IMG/VR virus record: IMGVR_UViG_3300045971_000344
Coordinates: 186,001 to 250,000 of that record
Length of the DNA: 64,000 nucleotides
Direction: 5' to 3' (one strand)
In this document: piece by piece, positions 48,951 to 57,720 of the stretch
How the letters are laid out: each line of letters begins with the position of its first letter
Position numbering within the stretch: the stretch's first letter is position 1
Program-made: the position numbers and the translations under genes
Notes under the pieces: model-generated
Told to the model about the DNA's origin: nothing
Databases searched by the model: none
Seen by the model: only the letters and a program-made list of their open reading frames with translations

Positions 48951-50141
48951 ATGAAGAAGATTAGCGTACGTATCAGCAGCATGAACAAGGCAACTGCAGC
49001 AAGAACTCGTATGAACTTTGAGAGCGAAGGTGATGAAGGCATGAGCTTCAGGGCGGCCAAGGGCGTCAATGATGAGCTGAACGTAGTTGAAGGCGATGTT
49101 ATTTTTGATAGTGAGAACGGAATTAAATTCAAGCCTTCTCGGGCATTCCGAAAAGAAGTACCTATGAAGACAGGTAATACGATTAAGGTAGAAAAGGATG
49201 CAGAAGGTGAGCTTACCTTTGAGTTCGAAGGTAATGATATTAAATTTAAGCCTTCTCGCGCTCTTAAGAACAGCGTAATCCTTAAGAATAACAGTAAGAT
49301 CAAAGTAGCAAAAGACAATCACGGCGATATCATCTTTGAAGGCATTGACGGACTTGGATTCAAACCATCTAGCAAGATGAAGCGTATGCTCACAGCCTCG
49401 TCTGACTATACAGAGATTTCATCTGATAGTGGTGATGCATGGTGGGCGAAACAAAGCAAAGAGCAGAAAGCGGCTTATATAAAAGCCCACCCTAGAAGTA
49501 AGTACGCTAAACAATCAGGTGGACAAACTGCTCCAGCTAAAGAAAAGACAGGCGGGTCTAAGTCAACTAGCGCTCCAGAGCATTGGTTTAAGAATAAAGA
49601 AAAGCCTGGCACTAAAGAATATGACGATGCTATAATAGACGCTCTAAAGCAAAATAGTAAAGGATCTACATATGTAAATAAGAATGATAAACCTCTCTTT
49701 CTTAAGATAAAGAATCCTTCAGAAAGAGTACAAATGGAGGCAGTAAGAATTCAACCTTCTGTTTATGAGGCTATAAAAAATCCTAGTGAAAAAGTTTCTC
49801 TCTCTTACCTTAAATCTTTCCCTAGGGGAATAATGGATATAAAAAATCCTAGTGAAACTATGCTTAAAGTAGTTGAAAAGAAGGATCCCTTTTGGATAAA
49901 AGAACTGGAAAAGAAGAACGGTTCATCTAAAACAACCGTAGGTCCTAAAGATACTAACGGGCCTAAAGTAAAGGCTTTGAAAGAAAAGATTTCGGAGCTT
50001 ACTGAAAAAATGAATAAGTGGAAAGAAAAATATAGGGCGTCTAAATCAGCTACGGATAAGATAGTAGCAAAGACACACTATAAATCTACTAAAGCTGAAC
50101 TGACTAAGGTTAATCGCGAGATCAGGAAGCTTTCTAAGTAA
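48951..50141 (+). CDS. Leader, FKPS repeats, WW-HPxSKY module and IKNPSE repeats
   Basis: All motifs visible in the translation. Confidence 0.75.
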   Translation: MKKISVRISSMNKATAARTRMNFESEGDEGMSFRAAKGVNDELNVVEGDVIFDSENGIKFKPSRAFRKEVPMKTGNTIKVEKDAEGELTFEFEGNDIKFKPSRALKNSVILKNNSKIKVAKDNHGDIIFEGIDGLGFKPSSKMKRMLTASSDYTEISSDSGDAWWAKQSKEQKAAYIKAHPRSKYAKQSGGQTAPAKEKTGGSKSTSAPEHWFKNKEKPGTKEYDDAIIDALKQNSKGSTYVNKNDKPLFLKIKNPSERVQMEAVRIQPSVYEAIKNPSEKVSLSYLKSFPRGIMDIKNPSETMLKVVEKKDPFWIKELEKKNGSSKTTVGPKDTNGPKVKALKEKISELTEKMNKWKEKYRASKSATDKIVAKTHYKSTKAELTKVNREIRKLSK

Positions 50142-50155
50142 AGGACTAATTAACC

Positions 50156-51355
50156 ATGGCTATCAGAATATGGGAATATGGGTCATCCCCAGAAGCAGTA
50201 AATCAGAGTACGACTAATGTCCAGATTGTGGTTGGAAACCCTATTTCCTGTTCTGAGCAATTTTTGTCTACCGAGACGGGGGTTCCTTTGGAGCCCCTTT
50301 CTGGGTATCCTATTGTCCAAGTATTAGAGGGAGTTGACCTCATTACATCCACAATAGGTTATAGAAACAATAACGCTCTGCCCGGGGAGTGGACCGCGGA
50401 TCTAACAATCCCGCCCACAATAGAATTCAATTCTGGTAAAGAGAAGATACTTACCTTATCTTGGATATTTAAGTCCCTTGAAGGAACGGAAAAGTCCAAT
50501 CAGTATATAACCGTTGTACCCAAAGACGATGTCTACTCTGAGGACTACAAAGAGATTGTTTTACTTGGACCAGTACAGGACTTGAAGGTTACTGTCCCTT
50601 ACATAATAAACGTTCTGGCAGGTGACATTGCAGAATATACGTTATACGATGAAAACTCCCCTATCTCTTCAGGGAAAGCCGCAGACTCGGCTATAAATGG
50701 TCCTCACAGCGTTCTGTCTTTTACTGTAATCAGCCCCTTGTTTGTTCCACGACTTCGTCCATATAATCTTGTTATTACCTTGCGCTTTAACACCGCTGTC
50801 CGTCAGTTGTTTTCCAACGTATATCAGATTAATCCTACCATACTTAGTGCGATGCAGGCTCTAGAACTATCCATAAATAAGGCAAATCAAATTGAGACAA
50901 TTAGAGGACTCCAGTTCCGTGAGGTAGACCTTTTACAAGGATTAACCCGGGGACTCGACTACTTCAATAACGTACCGCCTACCCTAACGAGTTTCACCGG
51001 CGTCTGCATGACAGGCGGTATAAGAGAGGGCTGGCTCGTCTGCGCGTCAATCCGGTCCCTTAGAGCACAGCTACAGTCGGAGGGGATGTTCCAATTTGAT
51101 TTTTCTGGACAAAATATTAGTCTTAATGTTGACCGTCAGCAGGCAATAGAGAGTGCTTGTGGTCATTATGAATCATTAGTCGATACTATGGTCAGGCCCT
51201 TGAAGATCATACTGGGTAAAAAGGGCGTAGTAAACGGTGATGGCTCATTAGGTGATAAATTGGCATTGATGTCTTCAATGGGTCTGACCAGACTGAGTAA
51301 TAATGCTATAACTCGTTCTAAGTTAGGCAATCCATTATACCCTAGGACATGGTGA
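50156..51355 (+). CDS. Putative neck/head-tail adaptor structural protein
   Basis: Beta-rich N-terminus and a helical C-terminus with LDYFN..PP.LT and FDFSGQNISLNVDR. Function inferred. Confidence 0.45.
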   Translation: MAIRIWEYGSSPEAVNQSTTNVQIVVGNPISCSEQFLSTETGVPLEPLSGYPIVQVLEGVDLITSTIGYRNNNALPGEWTADLTIPPTIEFNSGKEKILTLSWIFKSLEGTEKSNQYITVVPKDDVYSEDYKEIVLLGPVQDLKVTVPYIINVLAGDIAEYTLYDENSPISSGKAADSAINGPHSVLSFTVISPLFVPRLRPYNLVITLRFNTAVRQLFSNVYQINPTILSAMQALELSINKANQIETIRGLQFREVDLLQGLTRGLDYFNNVPPTLTSFTGVCMTGGIREGWLVCASIRSLRAQLQSEGMFQFDFSGQNISLNVDRQQAIESACGHYESLVDTMVRPLKIILGKKGVVNGDGSLGDKLALMSSMGLTRLSNNAITRSKLGNPLYPRTW

Positions 51356-51359
51356 TAAT

Positions 51360-51596
51360 ATTAGATACACAACTATTGCTAAAACAACTAAGCGTGGTAA
51401 TTTAGATTACGACCCTGAAGATATCCCTGAGTATAAGAAGGGTGCGGTCAAAGCAAAGGCCGATGGTATGTTTGTTATGTTTTATGATAAAAAGGGAAAT
51501 GAACTGGGTAGAAAGAAAATAGGAAACGCTAATCAAGCACAAGAATGCGCGGAATCAAATAATGTATTCTATAAGAAATATGGAGTTATGCTATGA
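51360..51596 (+). CDS. Unannotated 78-aa ORF with probable ATT start (or start-mutated pseudogene)
   Basis: ATT AGA TAC ACA ACT ATT GCT reads (M)RYTTIA, which is leader-like. GGTGA lies upstream, the frame fills the gap, and its stop forms an ATGA overlap with the next gene. Confidence 0.55.
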   Translation: MRYTTIAKTTKRGNLDYDPEDIPEYKKGAVKAKADGMFVMFYDKKGNELGRKKIGNANQAQECAESNNVFYKKYGVML

Positions 51597-52027
51597 GGTA
51601 CGTTACCCTATCTGTATCTACTAATCCAAATAGACCTAAATTTGGGACCTGTATTACTAAAGGTAAATTATGTCTATGCTTTGAAAATGCTCGTTTAGAG
51701 TATTGGGCCCAAAAGGCTAAGGGTAATGATTGCAAGTACATAGTTGGACTTGTTTATGGTGTTCCAAAAGAATTTGAGAAGGAAAAACAAGATAGTAAAC
51801 CCAGTGGTCTTTCTCACGCATGGGTAGAACTTGAAGATAATACAATAGTGGACCCCACACCCTATGCAATAGGTAAGTGGGTTCAAAGTAGAGAAATAGA
51901 AAATAATACTGCTCCAAAAGAGTATGCACTTAAGTATTGGAGTAAAAAGCATCCTTTAGAATACAAGATAAATAAGGAAATAAAAGAATCAAAATTAAGG
52001 GCGGTACTAAAATACTTTCCTCTATAG
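51593..52027 (+). CDS. Transglutaminase/papain-like Cys-His-Asp protein with leader
   Basis: CFENA...HAWVE...VDPT; begins MRYVTLSVST. Confidence 0.6.
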   Translation: MRYVTLSVSTNPNRPKFGTCITKGKLCLCFENARLEYWAQKAKGNDCKYIVGLVYGVPKEFEKEKQDSKPSGLSHAWVELEDNTIVDPTPYAIGKWVQSREIENNTAPKEYALKYWSKKHPLEYKINKEIKESKLRAVLKYFPL

Positions 52028-52040
52028 ACAGGAATAAATT

Positions 52041-52313
52041 ATGCAAGTAGATACTGAGAAAATGGTTCCCACCCAAATGAAGTCCAAGCTTAAGAAGAAG
52101 GGCTATTGGATCGTATCTTGTGAGTCCGCGGGTGGTGGTAACCGTGCCCACAGCTATTGGTTCGTCTATTGGAATGACCTAGACGACTCGGTCCACGTAC
52201 AGACCGATGGTACCTTAGGTGGGGCGAGTAAGTCCTATAATAAGCAAAAGGCAATGGAAATCGCCATAACAAAAAGATATAAAGAACTTTATACGAAAGG
52301 ACAATTGCTATGA
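52041..52313 (+). CDS. Hypothetical protein
   Basis: 90 aa; ATGA overlap with the next gene. Confidence 0.6.
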   Translation: MQVDTEKMVPTQMKSKLKKKGYWIVSCESAGGGNRAHSYWFVYWNDLDDSVHVQTDGTLGGASKSYNKQKAMEIAITKRYKELYTKGQLL

Positions 52314-52798
52314 AAAAGATAACGGTTAGAATCACCACCGCAAAGACCGATGAGCCTGTAGTAGAAAATCAATTTGCAGAGATCGTAAAAGAGATGCGGC
52401 AAATGCCTGCAGTTAAGAACAAAGAAGCCGTGTTGAAGAAGCGTAAAAACTGTATTCACCTGGAATATAAGGGCGCTAATTACTATATCGTACGCCATAT
52501 CCATGAATTGAAGAAACTTAGAGAAGAGTCTTCTGAAACTCCAGGGGACTTAGACTTTATGGATTCTTATGGCTTTAAATACTATGGGTTAACTGAAGGT
52601 AACCACGTATTTTCTTATTCTAAATTCGTGCCATCTAAAGGTATAACTTTTAGTTGTTCCGTTCGAGTAGCTAAAGATGGAACTTGGAGTGGTGGTGGGT
52701 CTGATGCTAAATTTCCTAAAAACAGAGGGTCTAACCTTTCTCAGTTAAAGACTTACGCTAATTCAGTTAAAAAGAAAATGAATTCCTTAGGTTCTTAA
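52310..52798 (+). CDS. Leader-bearing hypothetical protein
   Basis: Begins MKKITVRITTA. Confidence 0.7.
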   Translation: MKKITVRITTAKTDEPVVENQFAEIVKEMRQMPAVKNKEAVLKKRKNCIHLEYKGANYYIVRHIHELKKLREESSETPGDLDFMDSYGFKYYGLTEGNHVFSYSKFVPSKGITFSCSVRVAKDGTWSGGGSDAKFPKNRGSNLSQLKTYANSVKKKMNSLGS

Positions 52799-52825
52799 AT
52801 AAAAGAAATTGAAGGAGCAATAGTA

Positions 52826-53197
52826 ATGGCAACAATTTGTGTTGACTTTGATGGAACTGTAGTTACCCATGACTACCCAAGAGTAGGTAAAGATATAGGA
52901 GCGGTTCCTGTACTAAAAAGATTAGTCGAAGACGGGCATAGACTAATCTTATGGACAATGAGAGACAAAGCTGAGTTACAAGATGCAGTCAATTGGTTTT
53001 TTCAGAATAATATACCTCTTTGGGGTGTGAATGAGAACCCAGAACAACATACTTGGACGGACAGTCCAAAGGCTTATGGCCAACATTATATAGACGATTG
53101 TGCGGTTGGCACTCCCTTAATTCATGGTGTACACAGTAGACCTTATATTGATTGGGCACGTATGGAGCAATTATTGTTGGAGATGGGGGTACTATGA
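52826..53197 (+). CDS. HAD-superfamily hydrolase (small capless type)
   Basis: VDFDGT (motif I), LWTMR (motif II) and K..YIDD (motifs III/IV). Confidence 0.85.
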   Translation: MATICVDFDGTVVTHDYPRVGKDIGAVPVLKRLVEDGHRLILWTMRDKAELQDAVNWFFQNNIPLWGVNENPEQHTWTDSPKAYGQHYIDDCAVGTPLIHGVHSRPYIDWARMEQLLLEMGVL

Positions 53198-53397
53198 AGA
53201 TCAAACGACTAAAAATAACAACTGCGGCTGATACAGATAAGCATGACTACATAATTGCCGTAAAAGAGATGCTAGATAGCCATGATGAAAATGACCACAA
53301 TAAGACACAGTTCGATAACTACTCTGATAAAGCGCGCCAATTATTGGACAACAATAAAGATCGTGATAGAATGACAGTACTACTTTTATCTACCTGA
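53194..53397 (+). CDS. Small leader-bearing hypothetical protein
   Basis: Start reassigned to ATG 53194; begins MKIKRLKITTAA. Confidence 0.6.
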   Translation: MKIKRLKITTAADTDKHDYIIAVKEMLDSHDENDHNKTQFDNYSDKARQLLDNNKDRDRMTVLLLST

Positions 53398-53410
53398 TAA
53401 GGATAATCTT

Positions 53411-54727
53411 ATGATATGTATTAAGCGATATAGGGTCCATATAAGAACCACAGCTAAAGAAGTATTGGCTAAAAACGATGACGAATGGTTTAAGGGCCTA
53501 ACTAAAGAACAGCAAAAGCAGTACTTGGAAGAACACCCAAATAGTAAATTTGCTAAAACCTTTAAGGCTAAAGAAGATGAGAATGGCCAATCAGGATCTA
53601 AAAAGACTGGCCCAGCCAAAGTAAAAAAAGAAAAGACTGACCCTTATAAAGATGTACCCGAAGAAGATAAAAAGGTCATGCTGGCGGCAAAGACTCGCGG
53701 ATATAGAGTGCCTCCTGCGTGGAGAAATGTGTGGCTCAATCCTAACCCAAAGGCTGATCTTCAGGTTAAAGGTAAGGATGCAAAGGGCCGTACTCAAAGT
53801 GTATATACTGCGTCTTTTAGAGCCGCTCAGGATATAAAGAAGTTTAACCGCCTAAGAGATTTCACTAAGGCCTATAAAGGTATGCGGACCCAGATAGACA
53901 AGGACTTTGATGAATCTCCTGAGGCACAGTGTTTATATTTGATAGCCAAGACAGGATTCAGGATTGGCAGCTCCAAAGAGACTGGCGCGAAGGTTAAAGC
54001 GTACGGAGCATCTACTCTTACTGTTGACCATATCTCAATAGATGGGGACATTATTAACTTTGATTTTACTGGTAAAAAGGGCGTACACCAGAAACATGAG
54101 ATTGTAGATGCAAAGCTCGCTAAAATGCTGAGTACTAAGAAAGAGGGCTTATTATTTGAGACGAATGGAGCAAAGATACATAAGTATTTAGAATCCTTAA
54201 ATCCAGAACAAAAATTTGAGGTCAAAGATTTTAGAACATACGTTGCTACCTCCACAGCTCTATCTTCGGTATCCTCTATGGAAGCCCCTAGGACTAAAGC
54301 AGAATATATAAAATCCGTAAATAAGGTCTGTAAGACTGTTTCAGAAAAATTAGGTAACTCCCCAGACATGGCTAAAAAGTCTTATATAGATCCTACCGTC
54401 TTCAAGGAATGGCAATCGAATATAACTGACCCGGATGTAGAGACCTCGAGTGATTCTATTGGGCCTTATTTCTGTCTAGCTATGGACAAAGAACAGCAAC
54501 TTATGCAGGACTTTATAGAGTGCAATCACTATAGGATTCCAGATAAGGTAGTTATAGCCCTTAAGAGAGTTATTAAACTTCCTCGTGGAAAAGATAGAGA
54601 GATCGCCTATTCTGCCTTCCAAAAGCTCGCAAAGGTTTTCAACTTAGTAGATACTTCAAGTAAAAAGGTCTACATAGACTCTCTCCGTGAGATCGAAAAG
54701 ATTGCACGTTCACAGGGTGATTTATGA
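53411..54727 (+). CDS. DNA topoisomerase IB (poxvirus/bacterial type) with N-terminal leader and WF-HPNSKF module
   Basis: Motifs PPAW..V, G.D.KGR.Q..Y, GFRIG, F.GKKG, KDFRT and LGN.P..AKKSYI (catalytic Tyr). Confidence 0.9.
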   Translation: MICIKRYRVHIRTTAKEVLAKNDDEWFKGLTKEQQKQYLEEHPNSKFAKTFKAKEDENGQSGSKKTGPAKVKKEKTDPYKDVPEEDKKVMLAAKTRGYRVPPAWRNVWLNPNPKADLQVKGKDAKGRTQSVYTASFRAAQDIKKFNRLRDFTKAYKGMRTQIDKDFDESPEAQCLYLIAKTGFRIGSSKETGAKVKAYGASTLTVDHISIDGDIINFDFTGKKGVHQKHEIVDAKLAKMLSTKKEGLLFETNGAKIHKYLESLNPEQKFEVKDFRTYVATSTALSSVSSMEAPRTKAEYIKSVNKVCKTVSEKLGNSPDMAKKSYIDPTVFKEWQSNITDPDVETSSDSIGPYFCLAMDKEQQLMQDFIECNHYRIPDKVVIALKRVIKLPRGKDREIAYSAFQKLAKVFNLVDTSSKKVYIDSLREIEKIARSQGDL

Positions 54728-54972
54728 GTCGTCTCGTAGTTATCGCCGGCTCGGCCTGTAAAGGCTGTGGGGAGTCGAATACTATAAAAGACAAGCGTAG
54801 GGACTACGTAGATGTAGATAACAGCGATGAAATGCAGACTTTTAGGGTCTGTCGTCTTTGTGGACACAGGGAAATTATAAAGACACGAATGACGGTCCGT
54901 AAACGCGCAAGGCAGGATAAGCTGGCTGGTCTAGCTGACCTAATAAACGAATTGACCAATAGAGGGCAATAG
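54724..54972 (+). CDS. Zinc-ribbon protein
   Basis: CKGC...CRLC. Confidence 0.65.
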   Translation: MSRLVVIAGSACKGCGESNTIKDKRRDYVDVDNSDEMQTFRVCRLCGHREIIKTRMTVRKRARQDKLAGLADLINELTNRGQ

Positions 54973-54974
54973 AT

Positions 54975-55292
54975 ATGAAGATCAAAGGAATTACTATAGC
55001 TTCTTCTATAGATGACCGGCTGGAGACCATATTCAAGCAATTAGGTGCAAAGTACATGAACCATAACGGACAGTCAGTATTGGTCTTGAATACTACTCCA
55101 GACGTAATGGCACAAAAGGTTGAGATAGCGTATGAACAGTTGAGGAAACTGGGATATGATAATAAAAGCCAGTCCCAAAAGCATTTCTGGTATATAGTAG
55201 ATGCTCAAAATGAATTACCTGAGGTTCAGATTGAGTCACAAGGTTCTGAGGGTTTTATCAAAGAAAAGCACAATTATACTATAACTTGGTAA
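54975..55292 (+). CDS. Leader-bearing hypothetical protein
   Basis: Begins MKIKGITIASS. Confidence 0.65.
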   Translation: MKIKGITIASSIDDRLETIFKQLGAKYMNHNGQSVLVLNTTPDVMAQKVEIAYEQLRKLGYDNKSQSQKHFWYIVDAQNELPEVQIESQGSEGFIKEKHNYTITW

Positions 55293-55333
55293 GGGTCTTT
55301 GTAATTTATTAATAACAATGATGAGGAGAAATC

Positions 55334-55633
55334 ATGAGAACGATAAGGGTAAGTATTGAGACCACCAAGACTACTGCGGCATCTCCGAAGGGAATTATCC
55401 AAGTATTCTTCTGTAATGGCTTGAATACTGCAATGGGTAAAGGCGTTATCTTTCCTACTAAGGCTGAGGCAGTTGAGTATGCTATTAGCAAGTTAAGAAC
55501 AAGCAGTAATTTATTTAGTTCAAAAGTATGTTTAGATACAGTTGACTCTAAAGGATGGACTTCACAAGAAACTCTCGCTGAGTTTGTAAAAAACAGCTCG
55601 GGTAAGGTTTGCAAATTAGTTCCAGTAAAATAA
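55334..55633 (+). CDS. Leader-bearing hypothetical protein
   Basis: Begins MRTIRVSIETT; preceded by GTAATTTA (55301) and GAGGAG. Confidence 0.65.
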   Translation: MRTIRVSIETTKTTAASPKGIIQVFFCNGLNTAMGKGVIFPTKAEAVEYAISKLRTSSNLFSSKVCLDTVDSKGWTSQETLAEFVKNSSGKVCKLVPVK

Positions 55634-55697
55634 TAAATATCAGGAGCACTTGTCCATGACAAGACAAATACAAACAGCAGGACAAAGGAGAAGGGTC

Positions 55698-56522
55698 ATG
55701 AAAGAAATCGGGAAATCAATTATTCAGGAATTAGCGGCAAACATGGATCGTCTCACTGTTGGCATCGAGAGCTTCAAGACACACGGAGACAAGAGCAAGG
55801 TTCGTGTATCAGTAATTGCAACTTCGGACTCAAACAAATCTGATATCTTGAAGTCAATTAACTCACAGTTCGGTGGTCGTCTTAGGGCAGTTGCTCGCTC
55901 ATTCCGTATCGTAGAATCGTCTAATGCGGACCGTAATAACGTAACTTTTAAGCTCCAGGGATACGTTGTACCAAATGTAGAAATAGTGGCCGCATCTTCT
56001 GAGCAGGGAAAGAAAATGAAGTGTGTTGCGTCCAATATGTTTATGGACCAGTCTGATTGCATTTGGAGCAAAACTGGAGATTTCTTATATAAGAAATCAG
56101 ATGTTGAGACCGCAGAAGAACTTAATCAGTTTCTTACTGAGTGTAGCTCAACCACAACCCGGGTCAGAAAGGGCCTTGATTTTGAGACCGTAGTGGCCTC
56201 CGCAGGAGATTTCGTCCGTTACTTGAGTAAAGGTGAAATGTGCTGTGGTATTGTAGTAGCGGCCGATGAAACAAATCATAAGCTCATGGTACTGGCCGAA
56301 GGTGAAGAAGACCCAGAAGTTATTGATACTTTTGACGTCCAGGATAGTCTGCCCGTAGATGATGAGAAAGTACGCTTTCCTGAAGAGACGGACATGGTTG
56401 AGACCTCGGCGTCAGCCGTAGATATTAACGCCATCGTTTCTTACTACAAGCGTTGGTTTACCTACAATCCCAACTACGCCCAGATGCTGATTGACCGATT
56501 GAATCAGCATGCCTTTTGCTAA
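55698..56522 (+). CDS. Putative head/virion structural protein
   Basis: Start at ATG 55698 (AAGGAG RBS). Several internal [VI]x[AT][SA] sites (IVAAS, CVAS, VVAS, VETSAS). Confidence 0.6.
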   Translation: MKEIGKSIIQELAANMDRLTVGIESFKTHGDKSKVRVSVIATSDSNKSDILKSINSQFGGRLRAVARSFRIVESSNADRNNVTFKLQGYVVPNVEIVAASSEQGKKMKCVASNMFMDQSDCIWSKTGDFLYKKSDVETAEELNQFLTECSSTTTRVRKGLDFETVVASAGDFVRYLSKGEMCCGIVVAADETNHKLMVLAEGEEDPEVIDTFDVQDSLPVDDEKVRFPEETDMVETSASAVDINAIVSYYKRWFTYNPNYAQMLIDRLNQHAFC

Positions 56523-56612
56523 AAAGAATTTACCCATATAGACTGTTTCGTTTTTGACCGCACACGTCCTTTAAGGATGACCTAACTGAGCGTAAAACAA
56601 ATATGTGGGTTC

Positions 56613-56650
56613 TGGGGTGGGGTGGTGATTAACTTTACTACCCCACCCCA
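56613..56650 (+). terminator. Strong GC-rich hairpin (no U-tract)
   Basis: TGGGGTGGGGTGGTGA/TTACTACCCCACCCCA, a 16-bp stem with two G-U pairs on the plus strand. Confidence 0.55.
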
Positions 56651-56683
56651 ACAATATTATTATTATATACTGTAGGAGAGTTT

Positions 56684-57013
56684 ATGAAAGTACGTTCAAT
56701 TGCCATTAAAGGCGAAGGAATAGAACTGGCTAAAGTTGCGATCCATGCAAAGAGAAACCGAATGAAGGGTATGTACGATAACACAAACCCTACGGCTATG
56801 GATATTTATAAAGCCCGTCATAAGTATGACTTTAAGCACGAGTTCAATAAGTTCATAGAAGATAACTACGTAGATGTTATATCCAAGACAGACCGTAAGG
56901 CTCTAATGCAGGCCGTAGAGACACACTACAATGAGGGCTGTATAGAGAACGTAGAAGACCTTAAAAGACATATTGAGGTCATAGGTAAGCGTGAAGGCAT
57001 AATCTTTGATTAA
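56684..57013 (+). CDS. Hypothetical protein
   Basis: AGGAG RBS; 109 aa. Confidence 0.65.
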   Translation: MKVRSIAIKGEGIELAKVAIHAKRNRMKGMYDNTNPTAMDIYKARHKYDFKHEFNKFIEDNYVDVISKTDRKALMQAVETHYNEGCIENVEDLKRHIEVIGKREGIIFD

Positions 57014-57031
57014 ACCATATAGGTGTGAACT

Positions 57032-57691
57032 ATGAAGACCCCAAAACGTACAGAAGTGGAATTGAGTACCTCAAGTAAGAGTAAGAAGCCTGTTAAAGTA
57101 AAGAAGGATTGTACTGATGTAAAGCCCGCCTTAGAAGTGAAAAAGAAGAAAAGGACTCCTGAACAGAAAGCAAAACGACTTGAAAAAATAAAGGCCAAAG
57201 TAGTGGCGGAAGAAGCGGTTGCACTCAAGCTCATTGATGACATTCATTTAAAGGCAAAAAAGAAGTTCAATGGTGAAGATGACCATAAAGAAGTTTATTT
57301 GGATATGTTTCGCCAATTGAGAAGAATAATAAAGAAAACAGAACGGTCCTGTCTTAAGTCAAAGAACGGTCAAGGTGCGTATCAACTTGCTACGTTGTAT
57401 ACTCAGTTAAGGGAAGTTCTGGCTGAGATTAGAGCCTACACGGATCTTTCTGACCATGTTGACTCTATGATTGAGCGCGTAATGAAACCCCTTTTTACTA
57501 CATTAGTACAAAGTACATCCAATGCAATGTACCAAACAAAAATAAAAATAAAAGACAAATTGAAAGAAAAAAGGGTCAGGCGGACCTTCGAAGACATAGA
57601 TGAAATAACACTTGACCAGGCGAATCAATTGCAGACACAGTATGATAAGGCCTGTCAGACAATAAGAGAGATTTTAATAGGAAATACGTAG
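57032..57691 (+). CDS. Helical hypothetical protein with basic N-terminus
   Basis: 219 aa. Confidence 0.7.
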   Translation: MKTPKRTEVELSTSSKSKKPVKVKKDCTDVKPALEVKKKKRTPEQKAKRLEKIKAKVVAEEAVALKLIDDIHLKAKKKFNGEDDHKEVYLDMFRQLRRIIKKTERSCLKSKNGQGAYQLATLYTQLREVLAEIRAYTDLSDHVDSMIERVMKPLFTTLVQSTSNAMYQTKIKIKDKLKEKRVRRTFEDIDEITLDQANQLQTQYDKACQTIREILIGNT

Positions 57692-57720
57692 TCATTAATA
57701 AAGATTTGAGGTAAACCTTT

